NCBI GenBank assembly: GCA_051294905.1
Contig: CM119371.1
Coordinates: 25,670,001 to 25,734,000 of the forward strand
Length of the DNA stretch: 64,000 nucleotides
Direction: 5' to 3'
DNA from: Botryllus schlosseri
Lineage: Eukaryota
Part shown: positions 38,399 through 52,036 of the stretch, piece after piece
Position numbering within the stretch: position 1 is the stretch's first letter
Layout: each line of letters opens with the position of its first letter
Program-made: the position numbers and the translations under genes
The notes under the pieces: generated by a model
Databases searched by the model: none
What the model saw: the letters and a program-made list of their open reading frames with translations, nothing else
Told to the model about the DNA's origin: nothing

Positions 38399-41039
38399 TT
38401 CCCTCCCTTTTAAGAGTACAAGGTAATTTATGTTCGCCGATAGAACTCAATTTGTTTTCGAATTCTAAGCGGATAACGTCAGCCCGACGTTCGAGCAGGA
38501 CTATAGTTGCAGGACGTTGTGCCCTATTCCTGACCAATGGTTGCTCACTGCTCAGGTTGTGACCGTTGAGGCTGAACAACTTCATGTGTGGCTGTACCAT
38601 TAATGGTGGAAATCAAGCGTGGTTGGAGTTGGTTTTCATGCTTTCTCCGATACCCATGATCTGTTTTTATAATGTACACAACACGTCCCAATATTTCCGT
38701 CACCACCCCAGCGCGTAAACCGAGGAACCAATCTCAAAATGCCGTAACTGGTTTCGATTTATCGAAGGGCGAGCACAAACTTAACAAATTGCGTGGCTGT
38801 TGACCATGTAAAATCTCAGCAGGCGTTTTCTAGTCTATGCCCGGGTACGGTGCACATCGGTACGTAGCGAGAAGTGTTTGCAGCTCGAAGCTGAGATCTT
38901 TTTCCACGTCGCAATTTTTTATCAATCCAGTTTTTAAAGTCTGGACGAAGCGCTCCGCTTCCCCGTTCGAGGCAGTTTGAAAAGACGGTGATGTGATATG
39001 GTTGACTGCCAAATTCGAACAAAACGTATCGAATTCATTCGATGTGAATTGCGGTCCGCCATCCGTGACGATTATTACGGGCGAGAAGACTTCCCTCAAA
39101 ACGTTGATTACACGCAAGGTCGTGGTAGATCCGACATTCATTACTTTAACGTAAGGATATTTCGAATGCGCATCGACGATAACAAGAAACATTTTATTTT
39201 TCATTGGACTTGCGAAGTCCAAGTGAATCCGTTCAAAGCTTTCAGAGGTTTTTGGCCATTCGCGATACTGACGACCAGGCGCTTTCATTACTTTACGGCA
39301 AGCGTCGCAACTCTTCGAGATTTTCAATGTCGCGATTAATGGAAGGCCATGCGATGTAACGTCGAGTCATCTGCTTCATTTTCGCGATACCCCAATGTCC
39401 TTCGTGCAACAATGATAAGGCTCTCGCTCGAAGTGACAGCGGAATTACTACGCGCTGAAAACCATCAATATTGAGCATCACTATGTCTTCGTGCAGAGAG
39501 CGAATGTTTGCGAGACGAAAACCAAGTGAAATCATCAACGTGCGTCTTTGGATTCCAGTTACGATAAGTGACAGATAATTTTACTAGTTCCATGGTTTTG
39601 TCTTTCAGTTTCGCGTCGCAGATTTCATTGCGAGTTAACGGTAAGCCATCGAATGCCATATTAATAGCGTGAACGATCTCCGCGTTTTTACGAATTTCCA
39701 GTTCGTCAAACTCAACGTCGGGACCCTTTGGTAGGCGAGATAAACCGTTGGCGTTTCCGTGCTGATTAGTCGGTTTATTGCGAATATGGTATTGGTAAGC
39801 CATGAGCGTTAGTGCCCATCTCTGTAAGCGTTGCGCCGTAATCACGGGAATTTTCATGTCCGGCGAAAAAACAGCTAAAAGCGGTTTGCGGTCCGTTACG
39901 AGCGTGAATTTTCTACCGTACAAGAATTGACGAAATTTAGTGACTCCGTAAATGATTGACAGAGCTTTCTTCTCTATTTGAGAGTAGGATTTTTGCGAAT
40001 CGGAAAGCTTTTTCGATGCGTGCGAGATCGGTCTCTCTTCGCCACCGTGCTCGATTGAGAGGACAGCGCCGATTCCGAATTGAGAGCATCCGTTGACAAA
40101 ATGAGATGCTTGTTTACTTCATAATGAGCTAACTGCGTAGCGTCGATTACGTCGTTTTTGAGAATGCAAAAAGCTGCGTCACAGTCCGTATTCCAAATGA
40201 ATTTAGCATCTTTTTGAAGAAGGCGATATAACGAAGCGGCTTTATTCGTAAAATTAGGAATACACGCGCGATAATAATTGACTTTGCCCAGGAATGCCTG
40301 TAGCTGGCGAACATCCCGAGGTTTAGGCAACTGTTTGATTGCTTCAACGGATTTGTTAGACGGGCGTTTGCCGTCCTTGTCAATTATATGATCAAGATAC
40401 TCGATACTACTTTCGAAAAATTCACATTTAGCGAAGTTAACGGTGAAACCATATTCTGTGCGGCCTGAGGCGCTCAAAGAGTAGCGATAGGTTGCGAAAA
40501 TGGCCGCGTTCATCAGTGCCAGTAACGATTATGTCATCGATAAAACTAGCAACACTGGGTAAGGCGGCGATCATGTCATCAATACAACGTTGAAAATTTG
40601 TGGGACTAGATGCGACTCCGAAACACATGCGTCGGTAACGAAAAAGACCGAATTGCGTGTTTATGACACACAAATTCTTCGCATCATCATCTACTTCTAG
40701 TTGAAAATAAGCATCGGCAAGATCAATTTACGTGAAAATACAACCAACCGGTAACTTATGAAGAATTTCATCTAAGGAGGGCAGGGGATGTTGATCTATC
40801 TGAATTTGTTGTTTCAATGCTTTGAAGTCACCACAAATGCGTACAGATCCATTAGACTTAGTGACGGCAACAATAGGTGCTGCCCAATCACTGTAATTGA
40901 TTGGCTCGAGGATACCTTGATTGACTAATCTACTCGATTCGGTTTGAAAAGCGATTTGCCTTGCGAAAGGCAAAGGACGTGGCTTGTTAAATACGGGCTT
41001 GGCATTAGGTTTCAAGTGAATTGTCACCTTTGTCTTGGT

Positions 41040-42402
41040 CAGGGGTTCTCAACCTGGGGGCGCGCCCCCCTTGGGGGGCGCTGGAAGCTGTCAGGGGGGC
41101 GCGAGAAATTGACGAAGTCAATATAGGGGGGGGGGGGCGCGAGAAATTGACAAAGTCGGTATATATTGTACGTGTCTGAACATGTGTTTCACATCCATTA
41201 TGAGAAGACGATTAATGAAGATGAAATTTATTCCATATTCAAGAAAGCTTGCAACTCTAGCAACCGCGCTCAACGGAGTATAGTCTGATTTCAACTTCAT
41301 TTGAGCAATTTTTTGAAATTCTTCGGAGATACAGAGAGCAATTCCCACGTGTAAGTCATTCATTGCTTCATAGCTTTGACAGTAGCCTAAAGCTTGTCGC
41401 GCTGGGCAGCTGTTGTTAGTAGCTTGCGAACTGCACTGCCTAAGACAGACTTAGATCCAACATAGGTGTCCCGGTGTCGGCCTCAATTAGGCTATAAATC
41501 AACACAATTTAATTAATTTCCAAAACTGATCAAATTTAGCCTGGCAGGACAGAACGACGCCTTGCTCTCTGTACTCACTACCAACATCAGGATTAGTCTC
41601 AGGGTGACCTACCTTGAAATTAATTAATGGATGTCTTGTTCTATGTTTTTTTGTTATTTTCAAATAAGTTTTGAGAAATTTTTCAGCAATGTAAAAGACT
41701 CAACAACTGGAATGCAGATTCAAAATTGGCGTAAGATATACCTTATGTATACTATTAGATCAGGGGTGGGCAGCCTGCGGCCGTATAGAAGGGAATTTGA
41801 GCGGCCGTCGACGCCTAATTCAATTAGTATGTGTTGGCGGCCGTAGACATGGAAATTGCAATTACTAATTCACTCCCGCATTTTCGAGAGATTTTAATTA
41901 ATCTTGAAATTTTCTTCGCCCTCCGCACAATTCAACAAGAATTCATTTTTCGATTTTAATGCAGTAGCGCCCTTCTTAATCTGAGCCGGAATGGGAATTG
42001 TCAAGAAATTACAATTCGTTCGCGGCCCTGAAAATTTTTCGCGCTTCGCGCGACAATGCGCAGCTCCCCGCAACTATTCATAACATTGCCACTCGCTTTT
42101 TCGGTGCGCACAATAGGCCATTGTGAAAAGTAGAATAGTCTGGAGTTCACCGGAATGGATATGGACAGTTTACCATAGGAATTTTGCGTCCAGATGGTTC
42201 ATTGCGGCTATGCCCTGGAATGCAGCCTTTCGCTACATAAGCAATCGAAATGCGGCCATGATTATCAAAAACGTTGCCCACCTCTGTATTAGATGATGTG
42301 CTGTTTTTGACATGACGATAATTGAAAGGGGTTTCATGGGGGGCGCGAATCTTTTGACCATCTCCAAGGGGGGTGCGTGTCAAAAAAGGTTGAGAACCAC
42401 TG
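41040..42402. mobile_element. hAT non-autonomous element inserted in Gypsy pol
   Basis: TIR caggggttctcaacc / ggttgagaaccactg; perfect TSD gtcttggt. Confidence 0.9.
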
Positions 42403-43976
42403 GTCTTGGTGCATCGTCTTAATACATTAGAGAAAACAGAGGGAAACTTAGACTTGAAAGGCTACCAATTTGTCGTTCGAATCACAAACGTCAATAGTAT
42501 TACAGGACTGCGATTTGACCATCTGCGAGGAAATTGCATCCAAAGCAGACGTTCCCTTAGCGGGCATGGAGAAAGCATCGCTCCAATCGAGACCAAAAAT
42601 GTTTTGCCCACGGTGTTCGTCGAGAACTACCAATTTCAAGCCAACTCGAACTTCGGAACCCACCTGCAGCGCAAATACCTTTCACTTTCAGTGGCTTGTC
42701 GATGTACGCTACGAAAGAGCAATGGTATGCTGAGAGTTTCGGAGAGCCAAAGTTTTGTACCCAGTCAATCCCACCATGGAGGCGGGTGCACCAGTGTCCC
42801 ACTGTGTCGGCACGCAATGCCGTCGATGCTGGAGTTGATCCAGAGCTGGTTTCCTACTCGTCGATATAGTTGATCGATGTCGAAGGAGAGGAGCGGCGTT
42901 GAGCAGAAATTGACAGATGTGACCTGTTGCGTGACACTGCGTTTGGTCGACATGCCCACAGGTTTGATGTGACCTTTACGACCACATTTCTGACATACTG
43001 CATGTCGATATTGACAGTCTTGTCTCTGGTGATCGATGAAACAGCGGCTGCAGGATATCAGTATTTCGGGGAAGTTGCCCTTAAATGGATTTGGAAGGTT
43101 TTTTCCCCTTCTGATAACTTCCCGTCATTTTATTGACGATGGAAGTATCTTTACCGTTACTCTCGCCCTGGATAACCGTATCAGATTCAAGCGGTCTCAC
43201 GTATGTTGCGGCTACTTTGAGAACACGTCGTCGAGGGACTGATTGGTTTGTGTTAAGACAATGCCGTCTCACATGTGCGTGCGGCGTATCTTTAATGATG
43301 AGATCGTGCATTAGTTATCAACGTAGCTCTGATCACAGCCTTCTCTTGAGCATGTGAAGTTGCAATCCTTGGAGATTCCGCGTAGAGCAGCGATCCAATC
43401 GGCGTACGACTGTCCCGGCTGCATTTTGCAATTGGAAAATTCGTACCTGGCTGCTTGCACATGAATTGAGTCCTTGAAGTGAGTAGACAACTTCTCAGTC
43501 AACGCGTCGAAGGATTGTGCACTGACATCAGCAGCACCAAACAAGTTTCGTATGAGCGAGTAGGTTTCGGGTCCAACCCATGGGAGTAGACACGCTCTTT
43601 TCTTCTCCATGTTGGAAATGCCGTAAATTGCTAGGTGATGGTTGAATCGTTGCGGATACTGGTCCCATTTCTCCTTTGATTTTACAAACGAATCTAATTA
43701 CGAGCGGTAGCTTCAGATGTTCACGCACCGGGACTTAACCTCTGCGCTAATGCTGCAGCTTTTGCTGTGTCATATCTTCTTTGTGCTGTGCTCGTTTTTG
43801 GTCCAAATCTTATCTGTGACCAGCATTTTGCTGCTCCAGCTGTGCTTTTTGATTTGCCTTTGTTTCATGTAAGCTCGCCATCATTGCCTACTGCTTCTCG
43901 AGCAGCTTTAGCATACCTGAATCCATGCTTCATCTTCGTCGCAGAAATAACTATGAATCCGACTTCTGACAACAAT

Positions 43977-44231
43977 TGTTATGTTCTTGATCTTGCTTGA
44001 ACAATAACTCATACGACGAGGTTGCAATATGAAATCAGTATATTATACAGCTGAATAACTTTAAGACAGGCGACACGATCCAGAGTTCAGTTAAACGAAA
44101 GACGAGTAGACAATAGAACACAGGGTATGAATACGAAGCACGACACACGAGGAAATAATGATTGGCGGTAATTACTAATCCTAGACAAATAAAAAACAAA
44201 CGACACCAACGTAAAATGCACGAACATAACA
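43977..44231 (-). repeat. 5' LTR
   Basis: TGT...ACA ends; followed on the minus strand by a tRNA-Leu-like PBS. Confidence 0.9.
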
Positions 44232-44720
44232 CCTACCGGTAGCTCATTGGATGCTGCAAATTCAGTCTGCAGTCGACAGTAAGATGTCCAGTAACGACAT
44301 CAAGGTGTGTATATACATAATTCTCAATCAAGTGAGGAAGCTGATTTGCCAGAGCCCAAATGAAATACGCGAAATCATTCCTGACCCATTTTTCTGCAGG
44401 TATTTCCATCATTACCAATTATACATACGATTAACATACACACACAAATCAGCACCGTAACTGCCGCACCCCAAACCGAGCTCGATGGGAGGCCCAAAAT
44501 TATTTCGTGAATTAGCATAAATCATAGAGTATTTTTGGAATATTTAAGCAATTTTTTCAAAATTCAAGTAGCCATTTATCTTTATTATTGGTTATTGGGC
44601 CATTACCGCGCCACGACCCACCAAGACATACAATCAAGTTTTAGGCCATATAACATGCGACTCCAAGAAGTGCGTCAGAACGATTGGCAGCGAGAAACGC
44701 TTGGCCGAAAAGGTCTATGC

Positions 44721-46937
44721 CAGTGCTCTTCAACCTTTTTCGACGTGGTACACCCTTTTACCGTTTGCTCAAAACTCGTACACCCCTGTTCATTATGGGT
44801 CTTCAAAAATGACAATTTTTCTCAAATCGTACTGGCTACTTGATAAAATTGTTAGGTTACCTAACTTAAGCCTACACACCAAATTTGGCTCAATTCCAAC
44901 CGGTAGCCGCATTGCTACGGGAGAAGAAAGTTTCTATTTATTATATAAAATAAATAACGAAAAATTTGAAATTTTACTGTTCACCCCATGAAAGTATTAG
45001 GTTGTCTATAAAAACGATGTTCTTCAAATTTGGTTCACTTCCGACCAGTAGAAGCGGAGTTATTGCCGTCAAAAAATTTGGATTTGAATAAAATAGTATT
45101 TGGTCACAGAGTGTATTCGCAGCCAGTTAAGCCGCCCGCCACGCAAATTGGAATTTATTTCGTGTCAGCCGCAAAACAGCATGGCATTACGAACGTAAAT
45201 CAACCTAAATGTAACAGTATTGGGGAGAGAGTAGGTAAAGTTACTGCTGCAGAAGCGGTAATTCAGATCAGCGATGATAGCAGGCGCACCAGCCTACTGC
45301 GTATCAGGCCTGCCCCACACCACACCACACACAGTCGATAGTAGCACTTGGGCTGCAAGAGATGTCAGTAACCTCAGATCGTATGCCGCTATACACAGTC
45401 TATTGTCGCTAATTTGCATCACTAATAACAAAATACCAAATTGCAAATGTATGGCGAAACATTTGACATAAAATCGGCATTTTAAAACAAAAGGTTTTCG
45501 ATTTCAACATGGAAGCTGTTTCGACCCTGGCTGGCTAAGTCACTTCATTTATGTGCATTGCGGTATTTATTAACGTCGGGTAGGAAGTACCGATTCAAGA
45601 AGTCTGAGCTATCGCGGCGGTTCCCTCAAAAATCACTAAAAGACAAATGACTAGCTGAAAACATGTTTGTTAACTGCATACTTTCCAACACCAAACGGAT
45701 CCATTGGTCTATTGCCAACAGCTAAATGAATAGGAGAAATGCTTATGACATCACAATCAAGCGGTGTACAGTATTACACTTGAGATAACATCGTACCATA
45801 TTGCTCATTAACCTGTGCGTAAACCTGTAATGGCCCATAAACCTGCCTTTGTGATAGCTAGCCATCGGCTCATTGTAATTCGGATCTCGTACACCCCTGT
45901 ACACCCCATCCAAGTGGTACACCCTTTGCAAATTCTGGTACAGGGTGTAGGGGAGATGGGGTACCGATGGATCAAAAATTGGAAAATGATCGCTGGCCCC
46001 GAAATGTTCAGCCGAAAACAGCAGATCTTTTGATGGCTCAGCACTTTGATACAAGCTCTACGTATCGCGCACATATACATGAATACCCGTCTTTTCAAAA
46101 AATATTTATGGACGTTCAAAATTTGTTGCTCGAACATGTCATCGGTCCCCACCCGGTGGGTCCAATGACACACGACCCGGGGACCTATGACACATATACC
46201 CTAAAAAACTCAAATGTGACTACTTTTCTTGCTCAGTATTATAATCTAAGCTGCAGCAAGCCAAAGAAGAATGTTTGGTCGCAATTGTGAAAAAATAGAA
46301 TAAATATTAACTCAAATGTTGTCATAAAATCACGTTTCGATTTAGGCTCGAACTTATAAATTTGTGGGTACATACAAATTGCCCGAAATCGACAGTGTGA
46401 CTTCCAAATACCTCGTTATAGCGATAAAACATCATATGCAATTATTAGATAAAGATTTTCTGTACGTAGGCATGTTTCATCGATTTCATGATTAGTATGC
46501 TTGATTATTTTGCTTGATTTGGCTATTGTATCATTGGTCCCCACCCTACGAATTTTATACATGAATCCAAAAAAAGTCCACTCAACGAAAGTACTGAAAA
46601 AATATTAGGTGCCATTATATAGCCTGATACAAGCCCTACACTTCACAATAAAAATTATCGCTGGTTTGTTCGTGTTGAAGGTTACAAAGAAAAATGTATA
46701 TGTCGATCTAAATTTAGTTCAGACCCCCCAAAACAAAAATCATCTGTGAGAGACCCCATAGCTCGCCCACGTCTAATTTTTTTGTATGTGAGGAAAGATT
46801 TTGCCAGCATGCAATTGTAGACAAGTTCACGGAGTGTAATCATGGAGTTATCATAGAGAATTTTCAAAGTATTTTCGGTCCCAGTGATCCATCGGTACCA
46901 CATCTCCCCCTACAACAACCCCGGTTGAAGAGCACTG
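44721..46937. mobile_element. Composite hAT non-autonomous element (2.2 kb)
   Basis: TIR cagtgctcttcaacc / ggttgaagagcactg; perfect TSD gtctatgc; contains nested repeats. Confidence 0.9.
45950..46910. mobile_element. TA-flanked non-autonomous DNA element nested in the hAT element
   Basis: ta|ggggagatggggtaccgatggatc ... gatccatcggtaccacatctccccc|ta. Confidence 0.8.
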
Positions 46938-48379
46938 GTCTATGCCCTTATGCAGACCAAAGACTTCGCTATATATACAAAATACATATAGGTTTACTTG
47001 TTCATAGGCGCCTAAATGACTGGCGCCGAATGTTCCTGTCTTTGCAATCTGAACCTAACAAGACAAATACCATCCCGCTAAGAAAAAATTTATGCCAGTG
47101 AAGAAATACCAATTTCAAATCGTGTGCGTCTCTTAGTTTAGAAGCCTACGTTTGGGCGGTTCTATATTTTTTAATATAGCAGACTGGAAGTCACGAAATA
47201 ACATCATGTAACGAAGTCATATCAACGGTTTCGCCTGCCCGAAGATGTTTAATCATTATTTACGGGCCCTTCCGTTTTCAAGACACTTAACTCAGCTCTA
47301 CCGATAAATCTAATAACGTGAGTAGAGAGGACAATAAATTGATAGCATATTATATATGCAATCGCCGATCTGATGGACCGATTTTATCATAAATTATCGA
47401 AAATCTTCGCGCGTGGCGCTGGCTCACAATACAGTACCGGTAATTTCGTGACAAACGCGAACAACGTGATGGGGTGGGTCGTTTTATCACCCTATGGAAG
47501 CCCAAGACCCACGTTTTTGGGGCCTGACGAGGTGCTGTTTCGTTCCTGCCAACGGGTATACGCCCGAAGATGTTTAATTATTATTGAGTCGACCTACCTT
47601 TTCAAACACACCTCACTCAGCTCTAACGGCAAATCTGATTACGTGAGCTGAGAGAAGATAAAAATTGATAACAATGTATGCAATTCCCGATCATACTGAC
47701 CGATGAAAGCTTGAACTCTAGAATTTTTGCGCGCTTAGGCGGCAAAAGCGATCCACAAAATAAACTCCCAGTGAACATGATTATTAGTGGTAAACAGGGG
47801 TAAAAGTGTATCGCCGGAGGGGGGTCTGGGGGACGAAACCCCCCAGACGTTCGGACTATAACCCTATGGGGGGCCCAAGACCAAAGTTTTTTTGGGGGGC
47901 TGACGAAGTGCTGTTACGGCCCTACACACTATAGGAAACTTAATCCAGTATTACGCGATTCACGAACGAATCGCAATAGCGCGTAATAAAGGCATATTAC
48001 TATTAATTATATCCTCTCGCACCCCATGTAATCGAATTTATTGCTATAGACTTAGCTCAATTTGTAGACATAAGTTTGTAAAGGAAACATTACACTGGTC
48101 AAAAAAAATGAAAAAAAATTTTTGGCAGAATATCTGAGAGCCGTTTCAGGGGCTTTCGAGATTGCTGATTACCAATATCACATTAGTTTTGCCAGATTGG
48201 CTCTTGTTCAGGATATATTTATACCCCTAAAAAAGCCCAAAATTACTGTATCTACCCCATTTCACTTGATAGGAAGAAAATCGTACTTTTTATTCTAATT
48301 TTATACTGCGCATAAAGAGATAGTTGACTATGAAGAACCCTCATGTCGTTCTCAGTCATTCTATCAATAAAAACATGAC

Positions 48380-49446
48380 CTGGTGCGAAATATTTGTTTG
48401 TCAGCGAGAAAAGTGGAAGGAAGCTAAAATACGAATTGCTACAACAGCTAAGCCTAAACCCTACGCAAGCAAGGTTTAACGAGATAACCATAGAGCTCCC
48501 AAAGCGTCCAGCAACACATCTTATTGTCAAAGGCATAGCATGTTAAACTAAAAAGGACACGGCAGTTAAACAACTGAGCGAATATGGATTCGGAACGGTT
48601 GTCAATCAGACAAGAGTATTTTACAAGAATACTAACTATTACAACGGCTTCACTAACATCTGGATGGAGGATTTCGGTAAAGAAGATATGCCAGAAAGTA
48701 TGATTATTAATGGTGTGAGATGCTGGACCAAGACTGCTGTAGATGCATATCAAAAGCGATGCTACAACTGTAAGGCGGCGGGTCATATGGTCAGAGATTG
48801 CCAAGCCGACAAATTGGAATGCGCGAAGTGCGGCGGGCTTGGCCATGGCGCAGAAACATGCAAAGCAAAACGTAGCAAAAGACAAAGCGATCACGAGGCT
48901 GGAATCGAAAAGGCTGAGGGAGTCAATGATCAAATCGCAGATAAACTTGTGAGAGAAAACTCAGACGAACCCCATGCTGGTGAGAGAATAACCGACGAAA
49001 CGAACGAATCGACGAAAATAACAACAGAGAAACCAGTTGACCTGAATATGAGTCAGAATGAGGACACGAACAGAAATCAAACAGCGCCGAATAGACCGGT
49101 GATGACGAAATCTTACACATCACCGGACGCTGCATTCGGGAATGAAGACACAACATAAGAACAGTCCGTACATCCTCAGGTCAACGAGGAAAAACACGAA
49201 TCAAGCAAATCAAAAAAAACACAGACGGCCGAAATGGCGCTCAATAAAAGACCGCCTAATGCCATCAAAGGACCAAAATCGAGCGCCAGCTGTGATAGGG
49301 CGGCGAAACAACAAAACGGAAACAGAGTAACGACCAGAAACACCACAAGCAACCAAGCAATAATAACAAAACCGAATATAAATGGGATTAAAAAAGACAA
49401 CACGAAAAAGAAGACAGCCAGAATCCCGCAAGACCCCAAAACATAA
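48380..49446 (+). pseudogene. LINE ORF1 (gag-like), disrupted
   Basis: LIVKGI...LSEYGFGTV...YYNG; CYNCKAAGHMVRDC; CAKCGGLGHGAETC; internal stop and frameshift. Confidence 0.8.
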
Positions 49447-50324
49447 TCAATGGCGAACCTATTGAAGCTAGCATCGATTAACGTAAATGGATTATCAAAC
49501 AGACTACAGGATTTGGAACAATGTATACAGACTTCGAATTTGGATATATTATTGATTCAGGAAACGCATAAGATCGATAATGTGGATATACGTAACTGGG
49601 CAGCCGATATAGGATTTATTATCTACTTCAACACAAAGAACGAAGTGAGACAATATTCTGGCAATGCGATAATGATCAAAGAACATCACGAAGGTAAAAT
49701 TTTTCGTCACTACAGCATGATAGAAAACCGTGCACAATGCCTCTGCATTCAAATTGAAAAATGCCCAATAGCTATAATAAATATTTATGCCCCGTCTGGA
49801 CAATCCGCAGATGCGAGAAAGTTACGTGATGGTTTCCTAATTCAACTCGAATCAGAAATCCATGAACTTGAAGTCCCGGTTATATTGGGTGGTGACTTCA
49901 ACCGACTTATTGACAAAAAAGACACTCGAATTAAACAGAACCTCGATGTTAGAAGCGCCGAGAGACACTTTGAAAAGCTAACTAACGACGCGGAACTGAT
50001 TGACGTGTTTAGGAGTAAACATCCTCTTGCCGAAGTATTCACTTACGTCACTGGAAAAAACGCGAGGAGACTAGATCGTTTCTACGCAACTCGTGAACTC
50101 GTGGGCCCTGTTCAGAATGCAGGACATGAAAATAACCTTGTGGCTGACCACATAAGTCCGACAATAACACTTGCAATTGAGCCAGGCACTCTATGGGGAA
50201 GAAAAAATTGGAAGTGTAGTAATGACCTTTTGCGAGATGAAGTGTACCGAGATATAATATCTAATCTCATAAGCTTCGAAGAAAATAATATCCAACACTG
50301 TCACGGAATTCAACAATGGTGGGA

Positions 50325-50594
50325 GTGGCGAGATAGCGCAGTGGTATAATCCGCGGCTGCAACACCAATGGGTGCGGGTTCGAGTCCGACCGAGGTCGAC
50401 TTCCGAAATTCGATATCTAAGTGTTGGAGGTTTACCTAGGCTCCTCCTCACCACCTCATCAGCGGTGTCTTACAAAAGCCTAGGGGTGGGCCGTGCTATA
50501 AGTCGGCAGTTACGGAAAAATAAGAAGAATATCGGCCTGGTGTAAATGACCATAGCAGTCGACACACCATGAATAACCCAAAAACAAACAAACA
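50325..50594 (+). mobile_element. tRNA-derived SINE
   Basis: A-box tagcgcagtgg, B-box ggttcgagtcc, (aaac)n tail, 13-bp TSD aacaatggtggga (50312-50324, 50595-50607). Confidence 0.9.
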
Positions 50595-51616
50595 AACAAT
50601 GGTGGGACAGACTAATAGAATTGCCAACGTAAGCAAGAGATATGAAATAGACAAATATAAATCTGTGGCTCCCAGATAACGTATCAGAGGGTAAAGGGAA
50701 AATTGCGCATGTTAACCAAAATTGACCATTGCGAAGGTGAACCTAACACGATGAGACAATTTTGGCAAGAATTGAAGACCAGAAGGCGCAAGACCGAGCT
50801 TAAAGAACTCCTGCTCAGAGATGGAACGGTAACGACTGACCGTAATATTATTGCTAAACAGATTGAACAATTTTACGCAGAATTGTGGACCCGACACGAC
50901 GCCATTAATTCGTACGTTCAAGTCGAATATCTATCATCGTATCAGCACGACCGCATGCACGGGAGAGACAATGAACAAACATCGGTAATACAATCTAGCG
51001 AAATATTACAAATACTGAAAGCAATGAACAGGGAAAGGTCACCGGGTTTCGACGGCCTAACAGTGGAATTCTACCTTGCTACGTGGCAAAACATTGGTTC
51101 GAGATTAGCAGAAATCATAAACAACGCGCTAATATACGGAAACATACCGCATAGCTGGAAACGCGCTAAAATTATTCTGATTCACAAAGGAAAGGACAAA
51201 AAGGATTTAGCGAACTGGCGACCCATTTCGCTGCTAAACACGGACTACAAAATAATGGCGAAAATTCTCAATAACAGACTGGTTGAGGAAATTACGAGCA
51301 ACATCAACATGACGCAGAAAGTGGGAATTCCCGGAAGACAAATGGACGTGATACACAACAATGTGAGTGCAATTGTGAATTATCATCAAGAAAAACCTTT
51401 AGAAGGTTATATAATGACCATAGACGCAAGGAAAGCCTTTGATGAGGTGGACCAACAAATGCTTTTCAAAGTGATTGACAAACTGCCCGTCCCGGGAGAA
51501 ACTCTAAAAGTGATCAAAGCCACATATGATAATCCTATTGCGACCCTCGAGGTTAACGGCCTCCAAGCAGCCAATGTAAATTGTACAAGGGACATTAGAC
51601 AAGGATGTCCTTAGAG

Positions 51617-52036
51617 CAGTGTTCCCCAACCCCGAGTCCGCGGACTCATTTGAGTCCGCGGAAGGTCCTGGGTGAGTCCGCGAGCCCAGTAATTTTAAGT
51701 AACTTTATCGGCACACACGTTGACAGATTGTCAACCTTGTATTATGCAGTGGTGACAAATAGCGATGTCGACAGAATTCGTCACAGGCGTTGATCTAACC
51801 ATTGTGATTCGCAACTTTCTTCACCTTCAAGTCACATAAAATAAGCCGAGTCAATGACTTGAGTCGAGTCATGCGTAATGACTCGAGTACAAGTCGAGTC
51901 AATCCAAATATTGACTCGAGTCCAGTCGAGTCATTTTCCCATTTCAAGAAAATGACTCGAGTCAAGTCGAGTCACAAAAAAATCGTGACTCGAGTCTGAC
52001 TCGAGTCGAGTCATGACTCGAGTCATTACAACCCTG
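51617..52036. mobile_element. Chimeric hAT MITE remnant inside the LINE RT
   Basis: Left end cagtgttccccaac with gagtccgcg motifs; right end ...ttacaaccctg with many gactcgagtc palindromes; no TSD. Confidence 0.7.

Larger units (their letters stand above)
38138..44231 (-). mobile_element. Decayed full-length Ty3/Gypsy LTR retrotransposon (Mag/K02A2.6-like)
   Basis: LTRs 38138-38398 and 43977-44231; PPT aaaagggagggaa; PBS tgttgtcagaagtcggat; gag, protease (DTGA), RT (WAAPIV, RICGDFK, FIDDII), RNase H, integrase (RIHLDFA, TDGGPQF, SNGEAERFV) in Gypsy order; many frameshifts. Confidence 0.95.

Noticed and set aside
38202..38600. 132-aa ORF as an env-like gene
   Set aside because: It reads through the PPT into the LTR, and its hydrophobicity comes from T-rich LTR sequence.
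50325..50400. Functional tRNA gene
   Set aside because: No complete cloverleaf is evident, and it is followed by a SINE body, tail and TSD.
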